A stretch of DNA of 62,656 nucleotides, filler included, from Porpidia crustulata (taxonomy: Eukaryota): assembly GCA_964255105.1 (NCBI GenBank). It is 8 parts of 8 records of this genome, joined end to end, with 100 filler letters (N's around TTAATTAATTAA, not from the genome) between each part and the next. Parts side by side here need not be neighbours in the genome. Positions count along the whole stretch, not along the records: positions 54,923 to 62,656 come from CAXUWE010001246.1; 7 more parts are not named here. The stretch is one strand, 5' to 3'. This document shows positions 56,527 through 62,656 of the stretch, in pieces. Numbering within the stretch: position 1 is the first letter of the stretch; every line of letters starts with the position of its first letter. Below the pieces are notes generated by a model that had not been told where the DNA came from, searched no databases, and saw only the letters and a list, made by a program, of their open reading frames with translations. The translations under genes and the position numbers were made by a program.

Positions 56527-59500
56527 ATGGCTGGGGAGCAGTCAGCGTTGCAAAAAGCCCGCGCCTATGGGGCGAATCAAGCTCAACAAATATTCGAGAA
56601 CCTGAAGCAGGATAATTTGTGGAAACGGATATTGAAAAATGTGATAGCAACCACTGCAGCTGGTAACAAGAAATGTCACTGCATTTTAAATTTCCTGCGT
56701 AGGAACTGATGTCTTAATCTATAGTGAGCATATGTCTCATCCCCGGAGCGAGAAATCCGCTTGGCAAAGCAGCATATTTGGCCCCGATAACGACAGTATT
56801 TGGACATCCAGGTCGACGCTTTGGTATGATGGTGGAAGCCCTCGTTCTTGCCCTAGGCGGCTCACTCGTGGGTGTGGCATGGTCAAGCTTGGGCATCTAT
56901 CTTGGATCCCTAGTAATCTACCGTGATTCGCCTGCCACCTATACAATGCGAGGAATTTTCCTAGCGGTTGCAATGATGGTGCATGGTTTTCTACGTTCTG
57001 GAACGCCAAGGCTTTTCATATTTGTCCTACTTCTGATAATCGTGTCTGTGGTGACTTTGACGTCAACAGCCACTGCATTTACCCCAGTGCTTGTGACTCA
57101 GATCCTTTACCCCATAATGATGGCAGCCGGTGTGATAATTCTAGTCAATTTATGCGTCTTCCCAGAGTTCAGTTCCAGCTTCTTGGGGCAAATGACTATT
57201 GAAACACTGAACGACACTGCAAAAGCACTCGATGACGCGGGTCGTTATTTTACATACATAGGTCGCACATCAGAGGGAAACTCAACTACAGGGTCTCCGA
57301 GCCCACTGGAGACAGCTGATAATGCTACCATTAAGGGAGCTCAATCTAGATTGCAGGATTCCTGCCCTCTAAACACCAAACCGGAAATCATGGAGCGATC
57401 AGGGGATATGAAAACCTCCAAACTAGGCGTACCGGTAGACAAAGGGCCGGAAACCCAATCTGTACATTCGAAAAAGGCAAACGTTACGTCTCTAAGTGCC
57501 TTGGCAACAGCAAAGGGGAAACTACGGACAAAATTGGCAAGTTGCAAAGCAGCTCAACGAGAATGTAATTTTGAGGTAGCAGTCTCTGTGCTTCCGCCCC
57601 AAGTCATGAAGCCTGTCAGTGTCGTGTTTATGAAGAAGCTGGTGGCAAATACAGTCGCTCTTGTTGGAGCCTGCGAGTCTAAATATGCCTTACTCGGAGA
57701 TCTCGATGATGGTGATGGGGATTCCGCCCTAAGATCTTCAGAACAACAGGATTTGACCAGTATGGACTTTGAGAAGTCTCTGGAGGAAAAGAATAAACCA
57801 AAGATACCAGGCCAGAACTTGAGTAGCGAAAAGGCAGAACTCGATCTTATCAAACCTCGACGCGAGATTGAATTTGGGGACGTGGAACTTCTCCGGTACC
57901 TTTTAGAGACTGTGACACGCCCGTATGAAGATCTTCAAGTAGTTATTACTCGGACAGTCGGTATAATTAGCGCCTGCATCGCATACACCTATGTAAGTCT
58001 CATATTCAAAGTACGCTATAAATTGTGTGGATTTGTTGATACTGACAAAATTCAGGATGTTCCAGAGCTTCCTTCCGGGGCAAGAGTCCTCAAAGGGATC
58101 ATCATCGAAGAGATGGATTTGCACATCCAGAGCCTACAGCAAGCACTTATTATCTTCGACGGAGACACAGCTTCTGCTCTAGAGAAAGCCGCGGCGATGC
58201 AAGAGCTCAAAGATGAAGAACCTGATATCATGCCAAGAGAGGAGATATTTCTCGTTTCGTCCTTTCTTTTGAACCTTAGACAAGCAGCGTGAGCAATCCA
58301 ATGCCACCGTGTATCCGTGGTCTTGGACTAATCAGCTTTAGTTCCCACCTGGAAACCATGCTAAAGCACTTACGAGACTTAGTACTTCAACGTGAATACC
58401 GACGCGGTCGAAAAACTATTTATGCACCACGTATTCGATGGGCAACGTGGCTGTATTCCGGGGGAGGTGAAGACGAAGCTCTACCGACTAGTGGTCGAAA
58501 AGTAAGCAGACAAGGTGCTACGGAAGACGGTGTAGACGATGACGATGAATCATCCAGCTCGGATAGTAAGGGTAGCCTACTCGAAGTCAACAAGAATGGC
58601 GACCTGGAGAAGGCAGCAGGTCTAGACGTTGGGCAGAGAAAACTGGCAAAGTCTCGTAAAGAAGTAAAGATGCAGGGACCTAAACCCAGCCAGCAGCCCA
58701 AGTCGCTAGCACTGCGCGTACGTGGTCATGTTGCCGATTCATTAGAGTGGCTGCAACGCTCGGACGATTTTCTATATGCAATGAAGATTACTATCGCTGT
58801 ATTTCTTGTAGTCTGGCCTGCTCTCATTACCTCTTGGAATAAATGGTACTCCTTTAATAGAGGACGTAAGTCGAATTTCTCAATTATCGAGTGCCAGCAA
58901 TCGATAGGCTACTGACATTGTCATCTTTCCAGAGTGGGCGGCTTTGCAGTTGGTGCTTATTACCGAAGTTTCCATCGGTAACTCTATAAGAACTTTCATC
59001 GTTCGAGGCATTGGCACTACTCTTGGATGCCTGTGGGGTTGGGCTGCGTGGGAAGCTCGAAAAGGGAATGCCATCGTATGTGCTGTAATGCTATGTATAG
59101 GGATCATCCCTTCGACGTATATTCAGCTCGGCACAAAATACCCCAAAGCTGGGATGGTGAGCATTATCAGTATGACAGTCGTGGCTCTTTCCACGGAGCT
59201 GGTGACAGTGCCGGGTAGGTCTAGTATGTAGATAAGCTTGATGCCATCTAAATAACTCTATACTAGGCACCGCAACCGAGAACTTTCTCAAACGTTGGAT
59301 TGCTTTCATGATTGGTGGAGGTGTTGCCCTTGTCGTCGAAGTCTTTCTTTTGCCAGTCAAAGCTCGCACTCGACTCGTGGAGTCGCTTGCAGCGGCGTTG
59401 AAGCAGATCAACGACATGGAGACCTGTGTGGCTTTCGGGATTGAGCAAGCCGGGAATCTTGACGTCTGCGCTCCTGAAGTAATTTCACATTTTGAAAAAT

Positions 59501-60479
59501 CCAGTGGAAAAGCCAACGTTGCGTTGGGTGCTGCAGAAACTTTCCGTAAGTCAAATTAGCAACTCACGTATCTTGCTCTGAGAGAATCTAACATTTTAAT
59601 AGTACCTTTTTGTAGTAGTGAGCCAAGAATCAAGGGCTCCTTTCAAGGCCTTGCAATGATATACGAAGAGGTAAGTTGGGCAATCCACGGCGCGAATCTG
59701 TTGCTAAAGCCAGATAGATCATATTCGTCCTGCATCAGATTATAGATAGAATGGATAATATGCTTCAGCTACGTACAGCCTACGGATCCGGTCCTCTGGA
59801 AGAATTCAATGTATTCTTATCGAGTTCTACATTCTAGTCTCCAAGCTGACACAGACAGGCTCAAATATACCCCTATCGTCGGAATGTTGCTGGTTCTATC
59901 ACACTGACGCTGTTCGCCATACACGGAGCTCTTGTAACGAATTTGCCTCTTCCACAATACTTCCCGTCTGCAAGGTTGGCTCATCTACGTATGATCAACC
60001 GTGTGAGGGAAGTGGTGAAGCAAGTCGACGATGGCAATCAACACCCTGAGGATAGCAGCAGATTAGCTCATGAACGTGCTGTTCGCCGCAAGTACATGTC
60101 ATGGAATGCTGCATCCGCCGCACAAGCCGAGGTGATTGAATTTCTCGAAGAGTTGATCGATCTATCTAAATTGCTTGTCGGCGCGAATGAGTTCCGAAGT
60201 GGCCTTCTGACAAGGCCGACGTACCACCAATACGTGAAACGAATGGAAGATGGAGACAAAGGCGTCGCCGAGGAAGAGAGATCCGAAGCTCGAGACGAGA
60301 TTAAAGTGACTCCATTGAATCAGCAAGGGCTCACGCGAAGGAAACGAGGTACATTAGCTAGCAACCACGATGACGACAAAGAGATTCCGGCAAGTTTGAG
60401 AAGGATTCAGAGCAGGAAGATTGAAGCCGGGATTCGACGACAAAGAACAAACGACAGTTGGAACCGCCATCTACACTGA
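56527..60479 (+). CDS. Aromatic acid exporter / FUSC-like (Bre4-like) multi-pass membrane protein, about 9 exons
   Basis: WKRILKNVIAT, VFGHPGRRFGMMVEAL, YAMKITIAV, R|GVWAALQLVLITEVSIG, RGIGTTLGCLWG, FLLPVKARTRL, PLPQYFPSARLAH. Confidence 0.85.
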
Positions 60480-61065
60480 ACCACTGGCGACGTTAAATCA
60501 TATCCTCAAGGATACCATATCAGGAGAAGAGGTCTCATCATACATCCTCTAGAATTGACCATCCTATACAATCCACGATGTGTCTCCCCTTCAACTTTCA
60601 TTCCAGGTCTCCACTACAGACACAAATAAACCTACTGTCAATCAAAAAAAAAATCGACAAGCGGGAGTAAGGCTCATTTTTCCAACGAATTAGCAGATAT
60701 GTTGTACAAATATTTATCCCTGATTATTCCAAGTCAAGGAATTGGAAGCGAGACACGTATGAAATTTGTTAGAGTACAGCGACATAAATTAAAGATTTCT
60801 CGATTTAGAACTCCTGGCCTATGGCGCGTGCACCGGCCCCGGACCCTGTGCATGACTAAGCCCGAAATGACAGCCTTATGAGGCACTAAGGTCCGGCTGT
60901 AGGCTTACAATCCGCCCGAATTCGTTGAAAGGTCTTTTGCGACGTTTGGCATCTCATGTCATTGTCCTACGGTGCGATAATAGGGGAGCGTATGCCACTG
61001 ATTGAGGAGAATGTAGTCAAGTTCATAGCTCCTCATCAGGAGATGTTCCCGCATCAACCCTTGTC

Positions 61066-62221
61066 ATGGCCGCTCCGTATATACCAAACCTCAATACCCT
61101 TCGCAGCTTAAAGGGGCCGAGTCGTACCCCAGGGCGTCCTCAAGAGAACCTCGGGAATTCTTTGTTACGTGACGAAGAGGGACAATTTGCCAAGGACAAG
61201 ATCGTCCAGCACACAGATCAGGATGCCAGTGTTTCACGCTTGAGTGCCGTTGAAATTGGCTACCTGGCTGACCCTTACGCGAGGCTCTTCGCGTCTATGG
61301 GAGGGCAGAGAAGGTTTCCAATCATAAATAGAGGTGTGTTGTGAGAGCACAGAATCCCTCCTCCCGCAGATTGCTGATAGAATCTGAAGGAACATATGTC
61401 CGAACAACAGCCATAGATAACCTCGTACATCGGTTTCTGTCGATGCCCACCACTTCGACGAAGCAGATTATATCTCTAGGTGCTGGGTCTGACACACGCT
61501 TCTTCCGACTTATGGCCCATAATCCTGACCAAAATCTTGTCTATCACGAAATCGACTTCCCGGCGAACACTTTCGCTAAGATATCATTCATAAACCGTTC
61601 TAGTGCTCTCATTGCCTGCATCCGTACCCCTCTGGCTATTTTCTCCGATGGATTAGGACTTCATAGTCCAAACTATCATATTCATCCACTCGACCTCCGC
61701 ACATTACAAAACTCTGTCTCCTCATCTTCAAGCCCCCCACCGCCCGAAATCCCTCACATTGACCCCTTGCTCCCAACTTTGCTCATCTCCGAATGCTGTC
61801 TCATCTATCTAGCTCCAGCCGCTGCCGACGCTGTTGCCAACTACTTCACCAAGCACCTCTTCGCTCCAACAACACCCTTGGGGATTATTCTCTACGAGCC
61901 TATCAATCCCGCCGACGCCTTCGGAAAAGTCATGGTTTCGAACCTCGCCCAACGTGGGATAGTGCTACAGACCCTGAGAAGATACGGAAGCCTGGAAGCG
62001 CAGATGGAAAGAATGAGGGTCTATGGGATGTGAAACACCTATGGGCAACTGGTGTGAATGAAACGGAGAAAGAGAGGATTGGCGGTCTCGAGATGATGGA
62101 TGAGGTTGAGGAGTGGAATCTGCTGGCGAGTCATTATTGTGTGGTATGGAGCTGGAGAGGCGGAGAAGATAAGGAGACTTGGAAGTCTTGGGAGGAGGTT
62201 CCAAGGCAGGCTGGAGGCTGA
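61066..62221 (+). CDS. PPM1: Leucine carboxyl methyltransferase Ppm1 (LCMT1) with an apparent frameshift/deletion near 62025
   Basis: VQHTDQDASVSRLSAVEIGYLADP, RRFPIINR|GTYVRT, QIISLGAGSDTR, LLISECCLIYL, LYEPI..DAFG. The C-terminal LEMMDEVEEWNLLASHYC lies in a different frame. Confidence 0.9.
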
Positions 62222-62656
62222 AATTAAACGAGTGGTGGAAATTAGGAACATGGAAACGAAGTGATACCTAGAGAATTGATAAGTGTGGAATACAGAGGCC
62301 ACGGAAGAGCCTCGTGGCCAAAACGGACTTCGGAAGCACCACTGGCGTGGACGGGGATCAGTTGGCTGCGAGCACTGGATTCCACACTTGCCGTCCTACG
62401 AATGGACATACGACATTCGATATACCTCTCAAGGTCGCCGTGTCGCCGAGTCAATCAGGGACACGATACAAGTCGTCGACAAAGCAATCAGCCCTCAACC
62501 TTGAGATTCGACAGATCCGACACCTCTCCTTTGATAGAAGCCGCACTGACCGAAAGGGAAGATAGTAGACATAGTCGGTGAATAATGCCTATTTCACCTT
62601 GTCCTTGAAACAATCATACCTCTCGAGCCCTAAAAACCCCATGAACCATCTTAACC

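Overview
Eukaryotic DNA from a filamentous ascomycete (Pezizomycotina). A lichen-forming lineage is plausible from the protein families, but that is inference. The window is not one locus. It is eight ~7.7-kb contigs (7759, 7755, 7750, 7741, 7740, 7739, 7738, 7734 bp, in descending size order) joined by artificial 100-bp N44-TTAATTAATTAA-N44 linkers, so gene neighbourhood means something only within a contig. Most genes are intron-containing housekeeping genes: NAC-beta, ARMH3/DUF1741, Isa1, Apd1, sterol acyltransferase, AP-1 gamma, Vps5, Med11, Taf5, Prp17, Erv14, Ssr4, RED-like, Rtg2, Ist1, an ArAE/FUSC transporter and Ppm1. There are also secreted proteins (TNT-domain NADase, GH128, six-hairpin glycosidase-like, small Cys-rich proteins) and one decaying accessory contig. 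Highlights: (1) a 1,763-nt first intron of TAF5 holding a complete 400-codon same-strand ORF; (2) an obligatory 1-nucleotide exon in NAC-beta; (3) a spliced fungal DUF262 (GmrSD/ParB-Srx-like) gene with nuclear-protein hallmarks; (4) a secreted TNT NADase that needs a probable GC-AG intron; (5) recurrent C-rich to G-rich skew switches near gene 3' ends and contig breaks. All family calls are from motif recognition; no database search was run.
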